From the NCBI GenBank assembly GCA_022572355.1, contig JACZWC010000010.1:16851-80850 (forward strand): a stretch of DNA of 64,000 bases, written 5' to 3'. The position numbers and the translations under genes are program-made. This stretch comes from Bacteroidota bacterium (GTDB taxonomy: Bacteria > Bacteroidota > Bacteroidia > NORP154). The first letter of the stretch is position 1; each line of letters opens with the position of its first letter. This document shows, piece by piece, positions 37,273 to 46,400 of the stretch. The notes under the pieces are model-generated. The model had not been told where the DNA came from. It made no database searches and was given only the letters and a program-made list of their open reading frames with translations.

Positions 37273-39858
37273 ATGAATAATCATACCATTGTCAGGTTAT
37301 TAATTATGGCGATCTACTGGGTTTCGTATTTGCCCAGCGTAGCTCAGGTGGGGAGCCTGTTTATTCAAAATTATTCCGCTGATGAACTCTCTACAAAATT
37401 CGACGCGTTTAGTCCTCAAATATGGGCGTCTGTTCAGGACGATCGGGGTGTCATGTACTTTGCAAATTTATCCGGGCTATTGGAGTATGACGGAGTAAAT
37501 TGGCGCATAATAGCGGGAACTATGCGAAAGCCAATATCAGCTTTAGCAAAAGCAGATAATGGGAAAATCTATGTTGGAAGTAAGGATGACTTTGGATTTT
37601 TAAAATCGGATTCCACGGGTAACTATGCCTATATCTCCTTGCTGGATCTTGTGAGTGAGGGTGATCTTGGTTTTGATAATGTGTACAATATACACTGTTC
37701 TGGAGAAAGCGTGTTTTTCATTTCTAAATACAGGGTTTTTAGATTTAAACAGGGTGTGGTGAAGAGCTGGGAACCTTATACCTACACTTCAAGTTTCTAT
37801 AGGTCATTTCTAGTGAATAAGAAACTGTATGTGTGGCAGAAGAACTTTGGATTAATGGTATTGGAGAACGAGGAGCTAAAAATTACCCCTGGTGGTGGAA
37901 TGTTCAATGAGGAATTCGTCACTTGTATGTTGCCTTACTCTAAAAGCAATCAGCTATCTGATAGTCTATTAATTGGTTCACTCAAGCATGGTATGTATTT
38001 ATACGATGGGAAACAGTTTACACCATTCAATTCAGAGGTAAAGGATATTATATCCAAAAGCATGTTATATACTGGGGTGAAATTGAAAGACAACAATTAC
38101 GCACTCGCGACAATAGGGGAGGGGGTTGTAATTGTTGATCCTAACGGCAATCTGCTTCATGTAATAAACGAGGGAAATGGGTTGCTTGATAACATTGTAC
38201 TTAGTCTGTATGCTGATAAAGGGAATGGCTTATGGCTGGGAATGCAAAGCGGATTAAGCCGAGTGGAAATCCCATCTCCCATTACGTATTATGGTAAGGC
38301 CAAAGGCGTTACGAGTAACATAAATACTATCATCAGGCATAAAGGCAACGTGTATATAGGAACCACGCTGGGTGTTCAGCAATTGAAGTCTGAAGAGCCT
38401 GATGGACAGTTTAAACTCTTGAATCAAACCAATGCAACCTGTTGGGATTTAATTTCTATCGGCTCTACATTATTTGTCGGAACTCATAAGGGAATCTATA
38501 AAATAATAGCTGATGAGATGAAAACTGTTGTGCCGGATATCAGCGTCAGGGTTTTATATCGATCAATTTCTGATTCTAACAGGATATTTATCGGAACAGG
38601 AAGTGGGTTATCCAGCATGACATTCGAAAATGGAAAGTGGAATTATGGCGGTGAAATTAAAGGTGTTGAAGATGAAATTCGATCAATTGTTGAGACGACG
38701 GATGGCAATTTATGGTGCTCCTATGAGGAAATCTATAAGGTGGATTTTTCAAATGGTTTTTCGAATGAACCACCTGTAATTAATTTTCGTGAGGAGGGAG
38801 AATCAAAAGGTTTCTTTGAAGATTTCTCTTATGGTCAATTTTTTGAGGTTGACAATGAAAACATTCTCTTTGGCAATCGTGGAAGCTATCGTTATCACCA
38901 AAATCAATTCGTGCCAGATTCGACGTTCGGTACTGAACTCGCAGCGAGCTCTGGCTCAGTGACTACTATTTGTGCTGATGGAAAGGGAAAGTATTTCATT
39001 GGTGCTGGGCCTCGCATGGGAGCAATTGAAAAGGACCGGACAGGTAATTACAAGTTTGACTATGTACCCTTTTTAAGAATTCCGTCCACTCAAATTTGGT
39101 CGAACTATTTTGATGGGCACGGAATAGTTTGGTACGGTACAACGAAACACTTGTATCGGTTCGATACTGGCGTTCAAAGGAATTATAATTCTGAATATTC
39201 GGCGCTCATCAGAAATGTAATAAGTGGAAGAGATTCTGTGTTGTTTTATGGAACTTATTATGATGCTGAGGGAATTGCATCATTAGCTCAACCAAAGGAG
39301 CTTATGCCTAAACTGGCATACGTAGACAACTCAATTATCTTCCGGTACGGAGCTCCATTTTTTGATAATGAAGAGGTAAATGTCTTCAGTTACTATCTCG
39401 ATGGCTTTGAAGATCAATGGTCTGAGTGGTCGGCCCAGAGTCATAAAGAATACACAAATTTGAAGGAAGGGGATTATGTGTTTCGGGTGAAGGCTAGAAA
39501 TGTGTATGAAAAAGAAAGTATGGAGGCCACATACTCCTTTGTGATTTTAACCCCGTTTTACAGATCCTGGTGGTTTTACGGAGCACAGATAGGCTCTTTA
39601 ATGTTGCTGTTCGTGTTGTCTTATTACTTTGGAAAGGCAGGTGGTAAGTTGAGGCGTTTAGCGCCTGCAATTGCAACGGTGGCCATAGTAATTATATTCG
39701 AATATTTCCAAAACTACGTTGAGGACAACTTTGAGCATATGTTGGGCGGAATAACCTTCTTGAAGGTACTGGTTAATGTTTTGCTTGTATTATTACTGCT
39801 TCCCTTAGAAACAATCTTAAAGAGAATAATAAAGCAAAAGGGGGAAAAGCATGATTAA
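37273..39858 (+). CDS. Two-component-regulator propeller (Reg_prop) + Y_Y_Y sensor-like protein lacking any kinase/HTH output domain
   Basis: Signal peptide, then repeated propeller blades (GLWLGMQSGLSRVE, IFIGTGSGLSSM, VWYGTTKHLYRFD). A Y_Y_Y region follows (FSYYLDGFEDQWSEWS...YTNLKEGDYVFRVKARN), then three hydrophobic helices, then the stop. ATG 37273 is preferred to TTG 37249. Confidence 0.7.
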   Translation: MNNHTIVRLLIMAIYWVSYLPSVAQVGSLFIQNYSADELSTKFDAFSPQIWASVQDDRGVMYFANLSGLLEYDGVNWRIIAGTMRKPISALAKADNGKIYVGSKDDFGFLKSDSTGNYAYISLLDLVSEGDLGFDNVYNIHCSGESVFFISKYRVFRFKQGVVKSWEPYTYTSSFYRSFLVNKKLYVWQKNFGLMVLENEELKITPGGGMFNEEFVTCMLPYSKSNQLSDSLLIGSLKHGMYLYDGKQFTPFNSEVKDIISKSMLYTGVKLKDNNYALATIGEGVVIVDPNGNLLHVINEGNGLLDNIVLSLYADKGNGLWLGMQSGLSRVEIPSPITYYGKAKGVTSNINTIIRHKGNVYIGTTLGVQQLKSEEPDGQFKLLNQTNATCWDLISIGSTLFVGTHKGIYKIIADEMKTVVPDISVRVLYRSISDSNRIFIGTGSGLSSMTFENGKWNYGGEIKGVEDEIRSIVETTDGNLWCSYEEIYKVDFSNGFSNEPPVINFREEGESKGFFEDFSYGQFFEVDNENILFGNRGSYRYHQNQFVPDSTFGTELAASSGSVTTICADGKGKYFIGAGPRMGAIEKDRTGNYKFDYVPFLRIPSTQIWSNYFDGHGIVWYGTTKHLYRFDTGVQRNYNSEYSALIRNVISGRDSVLFYGTYYDAEGIASLAQPKELMPKLAYVDNSIIFRYGAPFFDNEEVNVFSYYLDGFEDQWSEWSAQSHKEYTNLKEGDYVFRVKARNVYEKESMEATYSFVILTPFYRSWWFYGAQIGSLMLLFVLSYYFGKAGGKLRRLAPAIATVAIVIIFEYFQNYVEDNFEHMLGGITFLKVLVNVLLVLLLLPLETILKRIIKQKGEKHD

Positions 39859-39965
39859 GATGAGCAATGAGCTTGTAGGTTATGTAATCTTGGTTATTGC
39901 AATTACCTTTTATTATAATAATAATTCTATTCCGCGTTATTTATAAGTTTTCAATTTTGCTCCAC

Positions 39966-40002
39966 AAAAAAACACCTCTCGCTAGGCGAGACGTGTTTTT
40001 TT
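39966..40002. terminator. Bidirectional rho-independent terminator
   Basis: A7 (39966-39972), then stem cacctctcgc / gcgagacgtg (10 bp, one mismatch, loop tag), then T7 (39996-40002). It lies between the convergent ends of the sensor gene and the 77-aa gene. Confidence 0.7.
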
Positions 40003-40046
40003 AAATTAATTCGGTTCTTACTCTATTACCGTTTTTTATAACGGAA

Positions 40047-40280
40047 CTACACGGGCTCTTGGCAATATGCGCAAATGCCACCTCCATCGTCTTTGTGAAG
40101 TATATCTCCATGGTGAAGATGAGCTGGAAGTGCACTGATAGATACACTGATATGAACTCCTTTCGATCCATGGTGTAGATCAACCTTAGAATCTGCATTT
40201 AATTGTGCCGTACCGATAATCATCATCGTGAGTGCAATTACAGCAGAGAACGTTAAAAGAACTTTTTTCGTTGTTTTCAT
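40047..40280 (-). CDS. Small secreted His-rich protein (77 aa) with 'AHLxHGD...C' motif
   Basis: Signal peptide MKTTKKVLLTFSAVIALTMMIIGTAQL, followed by DLHHGSKGVHISVSISALPAHLHHGDILHKDDGGGICAYC. A terminator lies downstream. Confidence 0.5.
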   Translation of the reverse strand: MKTTKKVLLTFSAVIALTMMIIGTAQLNADSKVDLHHGSKGVHISVSISALPAHLHHGDILHKDDGGGICAYCQEPV

Positions 40281-40756
40281 GTTGAACGTTGTTTATTTAT
40301 CGTTGAATACCCGTTTTGGATAGACGAATATACATATTTTTTAAATACCTCCAAATAAAAAATGATATTTTTTTTAAAGTTTTATTTCAAAATATATAGC
40401 ATCAGGTCTGGCTTAGTGCCAAATTATATTTTGAATAGATCCCTTTCCCGATGGGTAAAATGAATAGAAAGTATGTATGGAGTGCATATATTATTTTTGT
40501 CTAGCCTCTCGTAATTATTAAAACCTGTGAATAAAAGTGCTTATGTTTTAAGATAACTAGCGGCCAATTTACTTGCAGATTGATTAGGCCTTTTAGAATT
40601 ATATTCTTACCTTGAAAGCACTTATTTCCCCTGCTAATAATTCACTTAGTTTTTATTTTTTAAAACCAAATAATGTATCACAGGGGCTGCAAGCATACAG
40701 TAGTGGTTTGTGTTTAATAGAATTTGAATGATCAATAAATCTTAATCAATATCATT

Positions 40757-43700
40757 ATGAAAAAGTCAAAAAATACATTTATCCAATTAATTGTATTTGC
40801 AATTATATTTCTTTGTACAGGATATTTACGGGTGAATGCCCAGGCAATTGTTACACAATTTGATAAGACTTACGGAGGCAACGGTCTAGATCAACTATTT
40901 GCCGGCCAACAAACTTCAGATGGAGGTTACATTTTCGGAGGCAGATCAACATCTGGTATTAATGGGGATAAAACAGCACCTAACAAGGGTTTCTGGATTG
41001 TAAAGACTGATATTAATGGCGATATAGAGTTTGATAAAGCTTATAGTGGCTCTGGAGGCGAATCTCTGAACGCTTTAGAGCAAACCACAGATGGCGGTTA
41101 CATACTAGGTGGCAATTCGGGTTCCAATATTGGTGGAGATAAATCAGAGAATAGCAGAGGCGGGACTGACTTCTGGATTGTTAAAATAGACTCTATTGGT
41201 AATGTGGAATTTGACAAAACTTTCGGAGGAAGCGGTTTCGATTTGCTATTGGCTGTGCAGCAAACATCAGATGGGGGATATATTTTAGGAGGCATGTCAT
41301 CATCTGGCATTGGTGGAGATAAGTCAGAGGCAAACAGGGGAAGTTCAACATCCTTAGATTTCTGGATTGTAAAAATAGATGCCAATGGAAATAAGGAGTT
41401 TGACAAAACAATCGGTGGTGACAGGAATGATTTTTTCTCGAGTTTAACGGAAACGACTGATGGAGGGTTTGTCTTAGCAGGTTCTTCGGGTTCAAATGTA
41501 AGCGGAGAAAAGTCCCAGCCAAGAATAGGTGGAGCAGACGGATGGGTAGTTAAAGTTGATGCAAATGGCAATGTAATTTGGGACAGGAGTTTAGGCAGTG
41601 TGAATCAGGGTTTCGGATTTAGATCTGTTCAGTTAACCAACGATGGTGGATATATATTAGCGGGCGGCGCAGGCGTGTTTCCTGATCCAAGAGACTTCTG
41701 GCTGGTAAAACTGGACGATAATGGTAATCAGATATTTGAAAACACATTTGGAGGTGACGATTATGATGAAGCATTTGCTTTGGACTTAACATCTGACGGT
41801 GGATATATCATAGGCGGTTCTTCGCAATCCAACGTCAGTGGGGACAAAACCGAACCTAGCCGAGGTAGCTTAGATTACTGGCTAGTAAAAACGGATGCAA
41901 ATGGAAATATTGAATGGGACAAGACTTTTGGCGGTAACGGTATCGAGGAGCTAAACTCCCTGCAGGAAACAGTGGACGGAGGATATATTATTGGCGGTAC
42001 TTCCAGGTCAGGTGTGAGTGGGGACAAAACGGAACCAAATCGTGGGGGGATATATGATTTTTGGGTGCTGAAAATAATTGACCTTTGCGTAATACCTGGG
42101 ACATGTGAAACTATTTCTGGAACAGTTTATGTGGATAATTTAGATGCTAATTGTGCATTTGACTTAGGTGATGCAGGCATAGGAGGCAAATTGATTCAGA
42201 TGGAGGATGCCAACAACACCTTTCTAAAAGTTTCTCGTAGTTCTGGTGACTATTCCTTCAATCTCCCTGCTAGTAACTACACAGCTTCTCTTGTCACTGA
42301 TGAAACCACGGAACAACCTAATATTTGTGGCAGCCCAGGGTTAACCTATCAGGTCAATTTAAGCATTGGAAATCCTTCGGAAGGCAACAACTTTTTTATA
42401 AAGCCGCTTTGCGAAGTCGTTGGTTTAAACCGTGTATTGAGCGTTTCTCCTTTCAACAATGCCCTTGGTGTTTCCGTAAGTACAAAAGTAGAGTTGGAGT
42501 ATGGGTGTTCAGTTAACCCTTCTTCGTTTAACGATGCCAGTTCGTTCATCGTATCAGGAGCAATTAGCGGACAGCATACGGGAAGTTTTGCTTTTTCTCT
42601 TAATAACACGGTTGTAACTTTTACCCCCACCGTTCCTTTTATAAAAGGGGAAAAAGTGACAATAATTGCTACTGATCAATTGTCTGGACCAAGTGAGACA
42701 CCGATTCCTTTTGTTTCAGTATTTAACGTGAATAATAATTCTTCGCCTGGTATATTCACCGCTCCTTTGCAGTATATAACTGGAAATTCACCTAATATCA
42801 TAGCGGCTGGAGACCTTAATGGCGATGGTTTAACTGATCTGGCAATTTCTAATGGGGCGGATAATACTTTCAGCGTACTAATAAATGATAATGGCAACCC
42901 TGGAACTTTTCTGCCTAAAATCGATTATGCTACCAATTTAAATCCGTTGGACATAAAAATGGCCGATTTAGACATGGATGGCTTTGTTGATATTGTGGTA
43001 ACAAATCTTAATTCTTCTGACGTTTCTGTTTATCTGAACAATGGAAGCGGAATTTTCTCAACGAAAACGGATTATACAACTCTACCTACTCCAAAATCAA
43101 TTGATATACAAGATCTTGATGGAGACGGCTTCTTTGACTTAGTAACAGGTAATTTATTTGAAGATAGGATATGCATATTATTTAATAACGGTGACGGTAC
43201 ATTCGCCCCCTTTATTGCCAAATATGCGGGACACGGCACCGTCTCAGTGGCATTGGAGGACTTTAACAATGACGGAAATGTAGATATAATGAGCACCAAT
43301 TTTAACCGTTCAATAAGAATTTTAGAAAATACAGGAGGTGGAAGTATGGAATCAGAGAAGAAGCTATATGATGGGCGTAGCGGCCAGGGGCGTAGCTTCT
43401 GGAGTGATTTCAATGGGGACGGATTGATAGATGCAGTTATAGCAACCAGCGTAGATTATCCTGATTTTGTAAGTGTTGTAAAAAATCAGGGCCCAATATT
43501 TCAGACTCCAGCTGATGAGTACTCTACGGGACCAACTCCACGTCATATATATAGCGCAGATATAGATGGAGATGGTGACATGGATATATTGGCAACGCAT
43601 AAACTGGATAATTATGGGCATGGAATCTCAGTTCTAAGAAACAATGGTAATGGGACATTTGCAGAAAAAGAACAATATATTGTGGCGGGTTCAGCTCCAA

Positions 43701-45973
43701 CAGGAATATTGGTTGCTGATTTAGATGGAGATGGTACAGGTGATATGATAGTAGCAAACAGTGATCTGTCGACAATTTCTGTTTTTAGAAACCCAATAAA
43801 CCCTCATCTAATCCAAGGTACAGTATTTAATGATCTGGACCAGAACAGTTTTAGGGATTTTGAAGAATTTGGAGTTTCCAACTGGGGGGTAAGACTCTTA
43901 CCTAATGATGCAGAAGTACTTACGGATGAAACAGGGGTTTTCGAATTCCATGTTGCGGATGCTGGCACCTATACAATTGAGTCTGTTTTAAGATCAGGGT
44001 GGAATCAAACGTTTCCACCGACACTTGGTTCACATTCAGTGACAATTACCAATTCAGGCCCGGATTTTAATCATTTAGTTACCAATTCTCACATCAATTT
44101 TGGAGTTCAAACCAATACGTGTGGTAATTGCCTGGAAGTTACTTTAACTATTGTTCCTATCTGGCCTGTTCCACCCTTTTGCGATCCCGCAACAGCAACC
44201 ACTTATGTGGTTACAGTAACTAACAACTGTGGAACACTTGTGTCGGGTATTGAGGTTGAACTGATATTAAACAATAGTATTTGTTTCAACAATGTTACCA
44301 ACCAACAAACATTATGTAATAGTAGTTTTAATGAGGCAAATGATTTTGTTTTTGGTGCGCCAACAACCACTGTAGAATGGGATCAAACAAGCGGAAATTT
44401 TACACCGGGTCAATCTTGTACATTTAGCGTGGATGTATTCTTTTCGCCAGGATTATGCCCATTTGGAACCAATGTTGATGCAGATGTGTTCGCTGGTGGA
44501 AATGAAGGTCCACCTCTAAATAATCTTTGCATTGGTGACGATAATCTTAGTGAAGCTGCACAGTGCAGTTGGGATCCGAACGATATTGTGGTTACCCCTC
44601 CAGGCTGCGGTTTGGAAGGCTATGTGACTACTACAGATACACTCACGTACCGAATAAATTTTCAGAATACGGGTACTGCCGCAACCAATAGGGTAATCAT
44701 TCGCGACACGCTTGGGGTGGAATTTGATATCTCTACGCTGCAACTGACCAATTCGAGCCATACTTTTGATAATTTTCAGATAGTGAGCGGAAGTGTTTTG
44801 GAATGGACTTTTGGCACTCAGACTCAATCGTTTAATTTACCAGATAGCACCTCCGACCCCATAGGAAGCAAAGGATTTGTTGAATTTCAGATATTAATGC
44901 AGCAAACTTTGAGTCCGGGAATACAAATAATCAATTCGGCAGATATTTTCTTCGATGGAAACCCTCCGGTGAAAACAAATAGAACTTTAAACACTATTTC
45001 CGAAGATCCGGCATTAGTGGCAGCTATAGAAGGGGATACTTCAATCTGCCAGGGAGAGACAACTACACTAATTGCTACAGGAGGAACTGCTTATATATGG
45101 AGTACAGGGCAAACTACAAGAAGTATTACAACTGGTGAGGCAGGCAGTTATGCAGTAACCGTGTTTTTTGATAATTCATGTGAAAGCACAGCTAGTGTAA
45201 AGGTAGAAGTTAGGCAGAGTGCTGTGGCGGACTTTGTCGTAGCGACCCCCTGCGTGTCTGTAGGACTTGGAGTTGACTTCGCTTACACCGGAGGAACTTC
45301 AAATAGTGCATTATTTCAATGGAATTTTGGGCCAAATGCATCAATAACTAATTCAACAGATGAAAACCCCACAGGTATTGTGTTTAATAGCGTTGGAAAT
45401 GAACTGGTTGAATTAACGATAACACGATTGGGGTGTAGCTCAACGATTAGCAAGACAGTGGAAATACTCAATGCAACTTGTGGCAACATTAATGACAAGA
45501 TTTTTGTATGCCATCTCCCTCCTGCTCCCGGTAATCCGAATAACCCATTAACATTGTGTATTAATCCAAGTAGTGTTTCCAACCATTTAGCTCATGGGGA
45601 TTTATGTGGCCCTTGTGGAGGATCCAAATCGAGCGGAAATTCAACTGCTGTAGTTGAAAGTTTAAGTGAGGAAAGCGAGATAAATTATCTGATGGAAGAT
45701 GAGAGAACATACGATGCCTATCTGGAAGCTTATCCCAACCCTTTCTCAGGTGTAACAACAATTAAGTTTAGTTTACCAACTGCTGAAATTGCTTCAATAA
45801 GTCTTTTCAATATTTCAGGTGAACAAATTACTGTATTGTTCAGTGGGGAAGCACAGAAAGATTTTGTCTATGATTTAGAATTCGATGCAAAGAATCTAGC
45901 CAGTGGAATTTATTATTATAGGCTTATTACAGCAACTAAAGCTTATACTAAAAAGTTGGTTCTTTTGAAATAG
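40757..45973 (+). CDS. Giant secreted multidomain surface protein (1738 aa), T9SS type-A C-terminal sorting domain
   Basis: Signal peptide, then seven ~58-aa repeats (TSDGGYILGG.S.S...GDKSE..RG..DFWIVKID..GN.EFDKTFGG). An Ig-like segment follows, then seven FG-GAP repeats (GDLNGDGLTDL, ADLDMDGFVDI, QDLDGDGFFDL, EDFNNDGNVDI, SDFNGDGLIDA, ADIDGDGDMDI, ADLDGDGTGDM). Next come a DPND...YRINFQNTG domain, a CQGETTTLIATGG..Y.WSTGQTT Ig-like module, a VCH...SNHLAHGDLCGPC motif and the CTD YPNPFSG...GIYYYRL...KKLVLLK. Confidence 0.85.
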   Translation: MKKSKNTFIQLIVFAIIFLCTGYLRVNAQAIVTQFDKTYGGNGLDQLFAGQQTSDGGYIFGGRSTSGINGDKTAPNKGFWIVKTDINGDIEFDKAYSGSGGESLNALEQTTDGGYILGGNSGSNIGGDKSENSRGGTDFWIVKIDSIGNVEFDKTFGGSGFDLLLAVQQTSDGGYILGGMSSSGIGGDKSEANRGSSTSLDFWIVKIDANGNKEFDKTIGGDRNDFFSSLTETTDGGFVLAGSSGSNVSGEKSQPRIGGADGWVVKVDANGNVIWDRSLGSVNQGFGFRSVQLTNDGGYILAGGAGVFPDPRDFWLVKLDDNGNQIFENTFGGDDYDEAFALDLTSDGGYIIGGSSQSNVSGDKTEPSRGSLDYWLVKTDANGNIEWDKTFGGNGIEELNSLQETVDGGYIIGGTSRSGVSGDKTEPNRGGIYDFWVLKIIDLCVIPGTCETISGTVYVDNLDANCAFDLGDAGIGGKLIQMEDANNTFLKVSRSSGDYSFNLPASNYTASLVTDETTEQPNICGSPGLTYQVNLSIGNPSEGNNFFIKPLCEVVGLNRVLSVSPFNNALGVSVSTKVELEYGCSVNPSSFNDASSFIVSGAISGQHTGSFAFSLNNTVVTFTPTVPFIKGEKVTIIATDQLSGPSETPIPFVSVFNVNNNSSPGIFTAPLQYITGNSPNIIAAGDLNGDGLTDLAISNGADNTFSVLINDNGNPGTFLPKIDYATNLNPLDIKMADLDMDGFVDIVVTNLNSSDVSVYLNNGSGIFSTKTDYTTLPTPKSIDIQDLDGDGFFDLVTGNLFEDRICILFNNGDGTFAPFIAKYAGHGTVSVALEDFNNDGNVDIMSTNFNRSIRILENTGGGSMESEKKLYDGRSGQGRSFWSDFNGDGLIDAVIATSVDYPDFVSVVKNQGPIFQTPADEYSTGPTPRHIYSADIDGDGDMDILATHKLDNYGHGISVLRNNGNGTFAEKEQYIVAGSAPTGILVADLDGDGTGDMIVANSDLSTISVFRNPINPHLIQGTVFNDLDQNSFRDFEEFGVSNWGVRLLPNDAEVLTDETGVFEFHVADAGTYTIESVLRSGWNQTFPPTLGSHSVTITNSGPDFNHLVTNSHINFGVQTNTCGNCLEVTLTIVPIWPVPPFCDPATATTYVVTVTNNCGTLVSGIEVELILNNSICFNNVTNQQTLCNSSFNEANDFVFGAPTTTVEWDQTSGNFTPGQSCTFSVDVFFSPGLCPFGTNVDADVFAGGNEGPPLNNLCIGDDNLSEAAQCSWDPNDIVVTPPGCGLEGYVTTTDTLTYRINFQNTGTAATNRVIIRDTLGVEFDISTLQLTNSSHTFDNFQIVSGSVLEWTFGTQTQSFNLPDSTSDPIGSKGFVEFQILMQQTLSPGIQIINSADIFFDGNPPVKTNRTLNTISEDPALVAAIEGDTSICQGETTTLIATGGTAYIWSTGQTTRSITTGEAGSYAVTVFFDNSCESTASVKVEVRQSAVADFVVATPCVSVGLGVDFAYTGGTSNSALFQWNFGPNASITNSTDENPTGIVFNSVGNELVELTITRLGCSSTISKTVEILNATCGNINDKIFVCHLPPAPGNPNNPLTLCINPSSVSNHLAHGDLCGPCGGSKSSGNSTAVVESLSEESEINYLMEDERTYDAYLEAYPNPFSGVTTIKFSLPTAEIASISLFNISGEQITVLFSGEAQKDFVYDLEFDAKNLASGIYYYRLITATKAYTKKLVLLK

Positions 45974-46400
45974 ACAACATCACAGGGGATAAATGCACAA
46001 GTTCAATGATCATTGCATACATACGTTTCATAAGCTCATCCTTTTATAACCCTAATTAACCGCCTAACAAAACGGTATAACTATATACTCCTTCGTAAAA
46101 TACTTTTCGGCTGTCTTGTTATGGAACCCCAGCAATGGGTGGATAAGATTGAATTGATTTTGATCTTGTATTCTTCTTATCATCTTTTGTAAAGGCTTGA
46201 ATACAAATTTCCCAATACTATTTGTTTTTCAAAAAATGCAGCTGGGATATCAACAATTTATGCGCGAAAGGGAGCAATTTGCCTGTTAGAATGAACAGGA
46301 GTAAGACAAGGGGGTTACGATTGTTATTGTTAAGAAGCGGGGATGTAAGAAATCCCCTGTATAATACAGAGGATTGTTTAATGAATCTGAATCGTCATAA

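Noticed and set aside
41098-41571. Long antisense ORFs inside the giant genes and other real genes (e.g. 41098..41571, 41193..41522, 16904..17362, 27049..27459, 32302..32709, 48889..49206, 56061..56459, 57752..58216)
   Set aside because: Each lies entirely within a much longer ORF on the opposite strand or another frame that has clear family motifs. Their sequences are low-complexity mirror images of repeat- or Gly/Thr/Ser-rich coding sequence, with no independent start context.
40676-45989. Shared 10-mer atcacagggg upstream (40676-40685) and downstream (45979-45988) of the 1738-aa gene, considered as cassette boundaries
   Set aside because: The match is a single short one with no extended similarity on either side, which is compatible with chance in 64 kb.
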